The notes beneath the pieces were generated by a model. That model saw only the letters and a program-made list of their open reading frames with translations. It was not told the DNA's origin and ran no database searches. DNA of 64,000 bases, taken from assembly GCA_934141145.1 (NCBI GenBank), contig CAKPCA010000001.1, forward strand, positions 31,500 through 95,499, written 5' to 3'. A program made the position numbers and the translations under genes. Each line of letters opens with the position of its first letter. Position 1 is the first letter of the stretch. Source of the DNA: an uncultured Bacilli bacterium (lineage in GTDB: Bacteria; Bacillota_I; Bacilli_A; RF39; UBA660). This document shows, one piece after another, positions 49,716 to 58,242 of this stretch.

Positions 49716-50897
49716 CTATATTAAATTATAAGTATCTCTTGCAATTACTACTTCTTCATCTGTTGGTATAACATATATTAATGCAGATGAATCGCTACTT
49801 GAAATAATTCCTTCTTTTCCAAATCTCATTTCTTCATTTTTTTCTTTATCAATTTTTAAACCTAAACAATTAAGTCTATCTATTACCATTCTTCTAATAT
49901 GTGGTGCATTCTCTCCAACACCTGCGGTGAAGCATAGTGCATCTATACCACCTAACTCAACATAATATTTTGCTATATAACCAACTATTGAATTTACATA
50001 TAAGTGATGTGCTAAAATACTAGGTTTATGTTTTTCTCCTATTTTTGCATCTATGTCTCTAAAATCACTACTTACTCCACTTACACCAAGCATACCACTA
50101 TTTTTATTTAACATAGTATCTACTTCTGAAATACTCATTCCTGTTTTATTCATAATATATGGAATCATACCATAATCTATATCTCCACTTCTTGATCCCA
50201 TTACTATACCGGCATTAGGAGTAAATCCCATTGTAGTATCAATACATTTACCATCTCTAACAGCACTAATACTTCCGCCATTACCAATATGGCAAACAAT
50301 AACATTTGCAAGTTCTTTGTCCATTAATTCCATAACTCTTTCTGATACATATTTATGACTCATACCATGGAATCCATATTTTCTAACTCCATATTTTGTA
50401 TACCATTCATCCGGTACTGCATAACGATATCTTTCTTCTTTTAATGTTTGATGGAATGCTGTATCAAAACATCCTACTTGAACTGCACTTGGAATTTCTT
50501 TCATAAATGCACGAACTCCAGATATATTTGCTGGATTATGAAGTGGTGCAAGTTCGTTAAATGATTCAATATCTTTAAGTATTTCTTCATTTAATACAAC
50601 TGATTTAGAATATTTATCTGCACCATGAACTATTCTATGTCCAACACCTTTTATTTCATCTAATGAACTTATAACTTTATTTTCAAGTAATTCTTTTATT
50701 AAAATATTAACTGCATCTTCATGAGAAGATAAGTTTGCATCTTTTTTTATTTTTTCTCCATTTATTTTTATAGTATAAAAACTACTATCTAGTCCTATTC
50801 TTTCAAATACACCAGATATTAAAACTGTTTCTTCAGGCATTTCATACATTTGAAATTTTAATGATGAAGAACCTGCATTAACTGATAATATTTTCAT
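49716..50897 (-). CDS. ackA: Acetate kinase
   Basis: MKILSVNAGSSSLKFQ N-terminus; ~393 aa with the ASKHA fold. Confidence 0.95.
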   Translation of the reverse strand: MKILSVNAGSSSLKFQMYEMPEETVLISGVFERIGLDSSFYTIKINGEKIKKDANLSSHEDAVNILIKELLENKVISSLDEIKGVGHRIVHGADKYSKSVVLNEEILKDIESFNELAPLHNPANISGVRAFMKEIPSAVQVGCFDTAFHQTLKEERYRYAVPDEWYTKYGVRKYGFHGMSHKYVSERVMELMDKELANVIVCHIGNGGSISAVRDGKCIDTTMGFTPNAGIVMGSRSGDIDYGMIPYIMNKTGMSISEVDTMLNKNSGMLGVSGVSSDFRDIDAKIGEKHKPSILAHHLYVNSIVGYIAKYYVELGGIDALCFTAGVGENAPHIRRMVIDRLNCLGLKIDKEKNEEMRFGKEGIISSSDSSALIYVIPTDEEVVIARDTYNLI

Positions 50898-50979
50898 TCT
50901 TTCACCTCATTATATATTATACAACAAATAAATAGTTATTTAAACAAAGAACAAATAAAAAAACATATTTTACATATGT

Positions 50980-51903
50980 TTATTTCATTTTTAAAATTAA
51001 ATTAATTATAATTGCAGCATAAACAAGAATAATTACTGTTAATATGAATATATCTGCAAATCCTGCTGTTGTAATTTTTTTAACAGGTGTATAAGAAAGC
51101 TTTGGTACATTTTCCTTTTCAGGTACTATTTCTTCTTTCTTTTCTTCAGGTATTACTGGAGATATTGTTCTAATTCTATCATCAACTTTTACCTTAAATT
51201 GATTTTCAATATCTTTAATATCATATTTAGATATACCTTTTAATTGTGAAGATGCAAGTACTACTTTTACTGGCATAAATGCTTTCTTTTCTATATCTTC
51301 TTTATTATTATTTTGCTTTGGATCTTCCTTAATTATTATGTTACCTTTTATATCAAAGTTTTCTAACTTTTCAGGATAATCAATTTCATCTTTTATATAA
51401 GTTGCGGCTGCTTTAACTGAATTATTTGTAATTGTATCTATTGCTTTATCCATATCGATAGTACCATTTACAGGATTTCTATATTCAGTTATAAGTACAT
51501 CATCTATTTTATCTATATCTTTAGCTGTAATAGCATCAAATAAGTCCCTTAATGTATATCTTTCAAGCTTTGGTTCAACTATTTCTTTAGCAGGTTCAAA
51601 ATCATCCATAACTTCGATTTCTTCTTCAGGTTCTTCTTTTTTCAAACTAAGTGGTTCTTCTACTATTCTTTGTTTTTGACCATTTGGAAGTGTTTTATAG
51701 TTATAAACAGCATCTTCTTTATTAAATTCAGCTAAATCTAATCTACCACTTTCAAGATCTTCTAATGATACAGTTGCAAGTTTACCTTTTTCGTTCTTTA
51801 CATATATTACATTTGAATCTGTTCCTACTCCTGCTAGATATTTATTATATTCAGGATTAGATTTCATAAATGCTTTTAATTTTTCTATTGCGGATACATC
51901 CAT
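50980..51903 (-). CDS. Hypothetical acidic protein with a C-terminal transmembrane anchor
   Basis: 307 aa; the C-terminus ends FADIFILTVIILVYAAIIINLIL. Confidence 0.45.
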   Translation of the reverse strand: MDVSAIEKLKAFMKSNPEYNKYLAGVGTDSNVIYVKNEKGKLATVSLEDLESGRLDLAEFNKEDAVYNYKTLPNGQKQRIVEEPLSLKKEEPEEEIEVMDDFEPAKEIVEPKLERYTLRDLFDAITAKDIDKIDDVLITEYRNPVNGTIDMDKAIDTITNNSVKAAATYIKDEIDYPEKLENFDIKGNIIIKEDPKQNNNKEDIEKKAFMPVKVVLASSQLKGISKYDIKDIENQFKVKVDDRIRTISPVIPEEKKEEIVPEKENVPKLSYTPVKKITTAGFADIFILTVIILVYAAIIINLILKMK

Positions 51904-52044
51904 TCTTATCCCTCCTAGTTTACTTTATAATAATTATAGCATATTTATAAATATTTTAAATACTTTTTTTAATTTAATTTAAAAAAAATGGACTACATGT
52001 AAATGATATAGTCCATTTTTAATCTATTAATATAGTTTATTTAA

Positions 52045-52254
52045 CTATTTATTTTGCATATTGTAGTTACCACTAATTTGTGATTGACCCATTTGTACTA
52101 ATCTACGAGTTATTTCACCACCTACAGAACCATTAGCTCTTGCAGTAGCATCAGCACCTAATTGAACACCAAATTCGTTAGCTATTTCGTATTTCATTCT
52201 TTCGATAGCTTCTTTTGATCCAGGTGTAACTAATTTTTTATTTGAACTTGTCAT
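52045..52254 (-). CDS. Small acid-soluble spore protein, alpha/beta type
   Basis: [40 protein letters not shown] is the canonical alpha/beta-SASP sequence. I trimmed the start to the ATG at 52252-52254; the track's start is a GTG that sits inside the RBS region (GGAGGTGA). Confidence 0.9.
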   Translation of the reverse strand: MTSSNKKLVTPGSKEAIERMKYEIANEFGVQLGADATARANGSVGGEITRRLVQMGQSQISGNYNMQNK

Positions 52255-52277
52255 TGTTTTCACCTCCTATACATTAA

Positions 52278-52306
52278 TAGAATGTGAAAATTTTGTCATT
52301 TCATAC
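52278..52306 (-). promoter_or_regulatory. Forespore SigG/SigF-type promoter for the SASP gene (GTATG -17- CATTCTA)
   Basis: On the minus strand, GTATGaaatgacaaaattttcaCATTCTA matches GHATR-17-CATxxTA, directly upstream of the SASP RBS. Confidence 0.5.
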
Positions 52307-52340
52307 AAATAATTACATGGTAATTAGTGGAAAAAAAGAA

Positions 52341-53321
52341 TTAGATTTTTTCTTCTTCTAATTCTTCTGGTTTTGAATTTGTGTTATTACCTTGAATAAC
52401 ATTTAATATACCATTCATTTTTGCTTGAACACCATTTAATTGTGTTTCAAGTTCTGTTTTATTTAATGATAATTCTTCTTTTTCTTTCTTTAAAGATAAA
52501 GCTTCTTTTTGTTTTTCAAATAAATCAAATTTAGTTTTTGATAATTCTTCCTCTAAAGCTTCTATTTGTTGTTGTTGTTTTGCATAAACATCAAGTAAAA
52601 GTGGTTCTACTTCTTGTTTAAATTTTTCTTTATAATCTGCGGATGGGGCAGGTTTTACAGGAGCTTCAAGTGTAACTTCTGGAACTATTGCTGTTGGCAT
52701 TTCAAATTTTACTTCTTCTTTTGGTTCTACCTTAGGTTCACTTTTTACATTATTTATAACTGATTCTACTCTTTTATTTCTTGCTTGAAGTTCTTCAAAA
52801 GTAGGAATTTCTATTGTTTTATTTAATATATCTTCTTTATCTTCTACTTGTTCATTTAATATGAAGTCTGCTGGAGTATTAACAGCTGTTTCAATATTAA
52901 CATCTTCTAATGCATTAATTTTTGATGTTTCTTCAGAATACTTACTAGCAAGTACATCTGCAAATTTCTTTGAAACTAAAAGCTTTTTAGGTTTTCTTAC
53001 AGAAACTTCTTCACCAGATAGTTTTAGATCACATTTAATATTTTCTGGTACTGGTTCATCTATACTTCTAGCAAGTTCTTTCATAATATCTTTTACTTCT
53101 GTCCATTCTTCATTTGTTTCTATTTCTCTGTATGAATAATTATGATTTTCTTCTGTTATACCAGTACAATAAATTTTAATCATATTATTATCATTTATTT
53201 CTCCAAAAGTATAAGTTATATAATCTTTACCATTTGATAATTTGTATTTTGCTAGTACCTGCGCATCTTCTCTTATACCTTCTTCATTTATTATGTAAAA
53301 CATTACTTTCTTTTCGTCCAT
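52341..53321 (-). CDS. DUF1292-like N-terminal domain protein with a long Glu/Lys coiled-coil C-terminus
   Basis: N-terminal MFYIINEEGIREDAQVLAKYKLSNGKDYITY resembles the DUF1292 fold; the rest is charged coiled-coil. Confidence 0.4.
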   Translation of the reverse strand: MDEKKVMFYIINEEGIREDAQVLAKYKLSNGKDYITYTFGEINDNNMIKIYCTGITEENHNYSYREIETNEEWTEVKDIMKELARSIDEPVPENIKCDLKLSGEEVSVRKPKKLLVSKKFADVLASKYSEETSKINALEDVNIETAVNTPADFILNEQVEDKEDILNKTIEIPTFEELQARNKRVESVINNVKSEPKVEPKEEVKFEMPTAIVPEVTLEAPVKPAPSADYKEKFKQEVEPLLLDVYAKQQQQIEALEEELSKTKFDLFEKQKEALSLKKEKEELSLNKTELETQLNGVQAKMNGILNVIQGNNTNSKPEELEEEKI

Positions 53322-53351
53322 TTTAACACCTCTTCTACTATTCGAATTATA

Positions 53352-53633
53352 TCATAGTTTTATTCTTTTAGCAACAAAATATTTGCATCCATAAGCACAT
53401 TTTTCCTTTAAATACTTATTTAAAGTGCTAATTTTATTAATATCTGTACTTTTTTTGTTATCATCTTCATAAAAACCTTTAAGTCTAAGTTTATCGTATG
53501 CTATATCACCAACTACATAGTCAAAGTCATAAAAATAGTCTGTACATTTATTTATAAACTCTTCTTCGTCAAAACAATCTCTATAATTTTCTACTATTTC
53601 ATACTCTATATTATCTACTTTTACCTTTTTCAT
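53352..53633 (-). CDS. YutD-like (DUF1027) small protein
   Basis: I trimmed to the internal Met (MKKVKVDNIEYEIVENYRDCFDEE ... DYVVGDIAYDKLRLKGFYEDD) to remove the overlap with yunB. The pattern matches the YutD family. Confidence 0.45.
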   Translation of the reverse strand: MKKVKVDNIEYEIVENYRDCFDEEEFINKCTDYFYDFDYVVGDIAYDKLRLKGFYEDDNKKSTDINKISTLNKYLKEKCAYGCKYFVAKRIKL

Positions 53634-53664
53634 TTTATACACCCTATATAAAGTATACCATATA

Positions 53665-54426
53665 TTATGTATTTTTTTCAATTGGTATTGATAATATATT
53701 AGAACTATTATTAAGTTTACCATCACTATAATATTCTGGTACTTTTCCTTGAATTACTTTAATTGCAATTGGTACTTTATTCACTATTTTAATATCTTTA
53801 GTAGTAAAAGGTATTATTATCTGCTCTGTTACCTCTACGTTTGCATAAACTTTAATTAATGCACTATTTAAGCCATAATTACTAACACTGGTTTCTATAC
53901 TACTTACTACATTACCAATTAAATTTATTTTAACTGGTACTTTTGGTCCTAAATTTGATAATAATACGTTATTAGTTATTATTCCCAAAGGAATTTCAGA
54001 TATTACACCATTTTTTAATTTTTTTATATCATAATCTTCATTATTTATAAAACTTATACCATCAATATTACCAGTTTCTACATTTTTTAAATTTTCACTT
54101 ACTACTTTTGTTGTTTTATTTAAAAATTTATTTATTATAACAGGATTAAAATCAATACTTTGTATTTCACCATTATTGCTCTGTATAACATTAAACATAT
54201 CATCTTCTTCAAGAATATTTAATACATCATCATTTATTGAATTCTTTATAATTATTATAGCCATTTTTTTACTATCTATTTGTGCTTGTTTCATTATTAC
54301 TGGAAGTATTTTTTTATTTGCATAATTTAAAAATAAAATAACTGATATTATGAGTAGCAGAATTATTGTTGATATTTTTGTACTTATTTTTAATTTTTTA
54401 TGTGATTTTAACCTTATTTTTTTCAT
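53665..54426 (-). CDS. yunB: Sporulation protein YunB
   Basis: ~250 aa with an N-terminal TM helix; the size and architecture match the YunB family. Confidence 0.5.
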   Translation of the reverse strand: MKKIRLKSHKKLKISTKISTIILLLIISVILFLNYANKKILPVIMKQAQIDSKKMAIIIIKNSINDDVLNILEEDDMFNVIQSNNGEIQSIDFNPVIINKFLNKTTKVVSENLKNVETGNIDGISFINNEDYDIKKLKNGVISEIPLGIITNNVLLSNLGPKVPVKINLIGNVVSSIETSVSNYGLNSALIKVYANVEVTEQIIIPFTTKDIKIVNKVPIAIKVIQGKVPEYYSDGKLNNSSNILSIPIEKNT

Positions 54427-54473
54427 TGTTTCACCTATTTAAACATATGAAAAAAAGAGATAATTATTATCTC

Positions 54474-55256
54474 TTACTTTAATACATATTTATATACTAT
54501 AAATGCAAGTGCTAATACAAATACTGTACTTAATATAAATATTAAAACTTTAATAAATGCACTTGTTTTTTTAACATCGTTTCTAATATGTTTTACTCCT
54601 TCAAAATCTTTTGTATCAAACATAAATGTATCTGTACTATATTCTTTAGAATCATCATCATTTGTAATTTGTCTTACATTAACAGTATTTTCGTTACTAT
54701 TAACTGGTTTTGTTACTATAGTATCATCTGTTGGTTTAAGATCTGAAAACATATCTAATGCTAAATCTTTATCACTAACATTTGTAAGTGTATTCATTAT
54801 ATTTAACAATTCTTTTTCTTCTTTTACTAGATTTTCATATACTTGTCTTGTTTTTGCAAGTTCTGCTTCTAACTCTTCATTTGTTTTAAAATTATAATTT
54901 TGTATCTTTCTTTTTTCCCCTGCATCTTCTATTATATCGCGTTTACTTTTTGCTTCTCTTAATACTTCATTTATATCATAAGTTTTTTTAGGTTTTTCTT
55001 CTTCTAAAACTGGTACACCATCATATATATCTGTTATTTTTCTTTCTTCTTTATAGGTTCTTTCCTTTTTCTTTTCATTATCTATTATTTCTTTTATTTT
55101 AGATATATCAATTTCATTAGAATCATCTATAACTACCATATTACTGTAATTTGTATCTGCATATACTTCATCATATAAATCTTTATTTTTCATAGAACGA
55201 CTTAAATTTTGATTATTCTTATTATATTTATCAACACGAGAAATCATACAAATCAC
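54474..55256 (-). CDS. Hypothetical acidic protein with a C-terminal transmembrane anchor
   Basis: The C-terminus ends FIKVLIFILSTVFVLALAFIVYKYVLK. Confidence 0.4.
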   Translation of the reverse strand: MICMISRVDKYNKNNQNLSRSMKNKDLYDEVYADTNYSNMVVIDDSNEIDISKIKEIIDNEKKKERTYKEERKITDIYDGVPVLEEEKPKKTYDINEVLREAKSKRDIIEDAGEKRKIQNYNFKTNEELEAELAKTRQVYENLVKEEKELLNIMNTLTNVSDKDLALDMFSDLKPTDDTIVTKPVNSNENTVNVRQITNDDDSKEYSTDTFMFDTKDFEGVKHIRNDVKKTSAFIKVLIFILSTVFVLALAFIVYKYVLK

Positions 55257-55358
55257 CTACTTTAATAAAATAATACCATATTTTTTGTTTTTTTTAAATA
55301 TATTAGTTAAAATTATAATTTTTTATAGTATAATTGTATTGATATGGAGGAAAGAAAA

Positions 55359-55592
55359 ATGGATTTTGAAGTAAATGTTGATAAATTAAAAATTGACAAA
55401 GATAAGTGTTTAGGTTGCGGAATGTGTGTTGGAATTAATAGTGATATATTTGATTTTGACGATGATGGTCTTGCTAAAGTAAATAATGATTGTATAAATG
55501 ATGAAAATAAAGATGAAGCACTTAACGCAGTAAATTCTTGTCCTGTTAGCGCTATTGTTAAAGAGGATACTAAAGATAAAGAAGAAAAATAA
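55359..55592 (+). CDS. Small ferredoxin (single Fe-S cluster, CxxCxxC ... CP)
   Basis: CLGCGMCV ... SCPVSAI cluster ligands. I moved the start to the ATG at 55359, which has a GGAGGA RBS 7 nt upstream. Confidence 0.7.
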   Translation: MDFEVNVDKLKIDKDKCLGCGMCVGINSDIFDFDDDGLAKVNNDCINDENKDEALNAVNSCPVSAIVKEDTKDKEEK

Positions 55593-55617
55593 AATTCTAA
55601 GAATTAACTTAGAATTT

Positions 55618-56337
55618 TTATTTTCTTTTAGAATAAGCATATAATTGTTTTACTTCTTTTATAGTTAGTTTTCTTGATTCTCCAACTGTTAAACCTTCAA
55701 GTGTAATAATACCAAATGTTTCTCTTTTTAGCTTTTCCACAAGATAACCATTTGATTCAAATATCTTTTTAATTTCATGATTTCTACCATCATGAACTGT
55801 TATTTCAACAATACAAGTATTTGTTTTTTTATCGAATTTTTTTAATTTAACTCTATCTGGTATGCACTTATGACCATCTACCATAACACCTTGTTTTATT
55901 TTTTTTATTGCATATCCATCTATTATTCCTTTTAACTTAACAATATAAGTTTTTTCTATATTATTCTTAGGATGCATCATTAAATTGGCAAATTCTCCAT
56001 CATTAGTAAGTAATATAATACCAGTTGTATCATAATCTAGTCTTCCTATAGGATATATTCTTGAATTAGTATTTATTAAATCTACTACTGTTTTTCTTCC
56101 TTTATCATCCTTAGCGCTACTTATTACGCCTCTTGGTTTATATAATACATAATATTCTTTATCTTGTTTTGAAATAGAATTTCCATCTACTAGTATTTCT
56201 TCATTACCATTTACCTTTGTTCCAAGCTCTGTTACTAAATTACCATTAACAATTACTTTTCCTTTTGAAATATATTCTTCTGCTTTTCTTCTTGAGCAAA
56301 AACCTGAATCTGCTATATATTTTTGAAGTCTAATCAT
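55618..56337 (-). CDS. rluB: 23S rRNA pseudouridine synthase RluB (RsuA family)
   Basis: S4 domain (MIRLQKYIADSGFCSRRKAEEYI) and the catalytic motif GRLDYDTTG. Confidence 0.85.
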   Translation of the reverse strand: MIRLQKYIADSGFCSRRKAEEYISKGKVIVNGNLVTELGTKVNGNEEILVDGNSISKQDKEYYVLYKPRGVISSAKDDKGRKTVVDLINTNSRIYPIGRLDYDTTGIILLTNDGEFANLMMHPKNNIEKTYIVKLKGIIDGYAIKKIKQGVMVDGHKCIPDRVKLKKFDKKTNTCIVEITVHDGRNHEIKKIFESNGYLVEKLKRETFGIITLEGLTVGESRKLTIKEVKQLYAYSKRK

Positions 56338-56398
56338 GATAATACCTCCAATTTCACAAGTAAAAGTATATCATGATTTTATAAATTTAGCAAAATTT

Positions 56399-57421
56399 TT
56401 ATTTTCTTATATAAATAGGTTCTTTGTGTACACTATTATTTTTATAAAAAACTTCTATATAACCTGCCTCATCTGTTATATTAATAATATTTTTATATAG
56501 TACTACATTCATATTTATATTATCTCTTTCGTCATTTTTCATAGGATAATAATAATTATTTTTTACATATAATTTATTATTATATTTTTTTGACTTAATT
56601 TTTATTTTATTTTTATTTATTATTAGATAATTTTTATAATTAGAAAATCCATATTCATATAGTTTTTTATGTGTATTAAAATCATCTTTATCTACAAATG
56701 TTACTACAATTAAATTCATATCTTTTTTACTTGCGCTTGTTACTAAAGTTCTTTTTGCTTTTACAGTATATCCTGTTTTACCACCAGTTGCGTATTTATA
56801 AGAAAATAATAATTTATTTTTATTAGTCCATGAATATGTTTTTAAATCTGTTTGAACCATTATTTTTTTAGTACTATCAATTTGTCTAAATTCATATAAA
56901 TTTGATGCATATTTCATTAAAAGTGCCATGTCATAACAAGTAGAATAGTTACCAGTTTCATCATCATCTAATCCATGTGCATTATTAAATACAGTATTTT
57001 TCATACCTATTTCTTTTGCTTTATTATTCATTTTTACTATAAATTTTTCATGACCACCTAAGTAATCTTCTATTGCTATTGCGGCATCATTACCACTTCT
57101 TAATAAAAGTCCATAAACTAAGTTTCTTAATGATATTTTTTCACCTACTGATACATATATACCAGATCCATGAGATTTAAGTACACTTTCATTAATTGTT
57201 ACTACATCATCTAATTTACCAGATTCTATTGCAAGTACTGCGGTCATTATCTTAGTAGTGCTTGCAATTAAATGTTTTTCATCTATATTTTTAGAATATA
57301 ATACTCTTCCGGTATCAGAATCCATAAGTATAGCATTATTACTTGGTATACTAAGTGCATATATACTAGTTTTAAAACAAAAGAAAATTATTAATGTAAA
57401 AAGAATTTTTTTCATATTCAT
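56399..57421 (-). CDS. Serine-type D-Ala-D-Ala carboxypeptidase (PBP5/DacB-like, S11)
   Basis: Signal peptide, SxxK (ASTTKIMTA), SGN (RSGND) and KTG (GGKTGYT) motifs. Confidence 0.8.
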   Translation of the reverse strand: MNMKKILFTLIIFFCFKTSIYALSIPSNNAILMDSDTGRVLYSKNIDEKHLIASTTKIMTAVLAIESGKLDDVVTINESVLKSHGSGIYVSVGEKISLRNLVYGLLLRSGNDAAIAIEDYLGGHEKFIVKMNNKAKEIGMKNTVFNNAHGLDDDETGNYSTCYDMALLMKYASNLYEFRQIDSTKKIMVQTDLKTYSWTNKNKLLFSYKYATGGKTGYTVKAKRTLVTSASKKDMNLIVVTFVDKDDFNTHKKLYEYGFSNYKNYLIINKNKIKIKSKKYNNKLYVKNNYYYPMKNDERDNINMNVVLYKNIINITDEAGYIEVFYKNNSVHKEPIYIRK

Positions 57422-57461
57422 ACCTCTAGATTAATATATGAAAAAAAGACTATAAATAGTC

Positions 57462-58169
57462 TTATGAAATATATATTCCATGTAATTTTTCTATATCTGA
57501 ATTACTTAATGCATCTAGTTGCCATTCTCCATTTGTTTTAGTTAAAGTAAATTCAATAGTATATTTTACTTTGTCTGTTACTTTTTCCATTTCAGATAAT
57601 TTATAATCCATATATTTTGATTCATCATAATCTGTAGTTGTTGTAAGATTATCTTTTGCTTCATTTACTTTATCTTTAACAGTATCTGCGGCATTTTTAG
57701 CTCCTTCAGCTGCATCTTTTATTCCTTCTTTTACACCTTCAGCAGTATTTTCTACGCCTTCTTTTACATTTTCTGCAGCTTTTTCTACCTCATTTATTGT
57801 TTGTTTAGAATCTTTCTTAAATTCATCTAAATGTTCATTTAAATATGTATTTGAATTTTTAAGTGCAGAAGCATAATCATATACTGTTATTTCTACTTCT
57901 ACAACAGCATTATCATCTTCTATTATTTCATCTTTTATTTCATATTCCATATTTTTATACTGATTTAACATTAATGTTTTATATCTATCTCTTTGTTTTT
58001 GATCTGTTATATCAGTTTTAATTGTTTCATCTAATTGAGATATTACATCAGTATTTTGATTTTTATATTTATCCAAAAATTCAGATACTTTTTGTCTAGG
58101 TGTTACTGCTTTTCCTAAAGTACATGCAGATAAAAATATTACCATTAATGCAACAATAAATTTTTTCAT
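57462..58169 (-). CDS. Lipoprotein with AEGVKEG-type repeat region
   Basis: Lipobox LSACT, and repeated ENVKEGVENTAEGVKEGIKDAAEGAKNAADTVKDKV. Confidence 0.5.
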   Translation of the reverse strand: MKKFIVALMVIFLSACTLGKAVTPRQKVSEFLDKYKNQNTDVISQLDETIKTDITDQKQRDRYKTLMLNQYKNMEYEIKDEIIEDDNAVVEVEITVYDYASALKNSNTYLNEHLDEFKKDSKQTINEVEKAAENVKEGVENTAEGVKEGIKDAAEGAKNAADTVKDKVNEAKDNLTTTTDYDESKYMDYKLSEMEKVTDKVKYTIEFTLTKTNGEWQLDALSNSDIEKLHGIYIS

Positions 58170-58242
58170 ATTATTCCTCCTTCTTTAAATAATTTGGAAT
58201 AATAATCATATTTTATACAAAAATAAAAAAGAAAATTAAAAT

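Noticed and set aside
53634-53726. N-terminal 31 codons of ORF 53352..53726
   Set aside because: The hydrophobic, low-complexity extension overlaps the yunB coding end. The homolog pattern begins at the internal Met.
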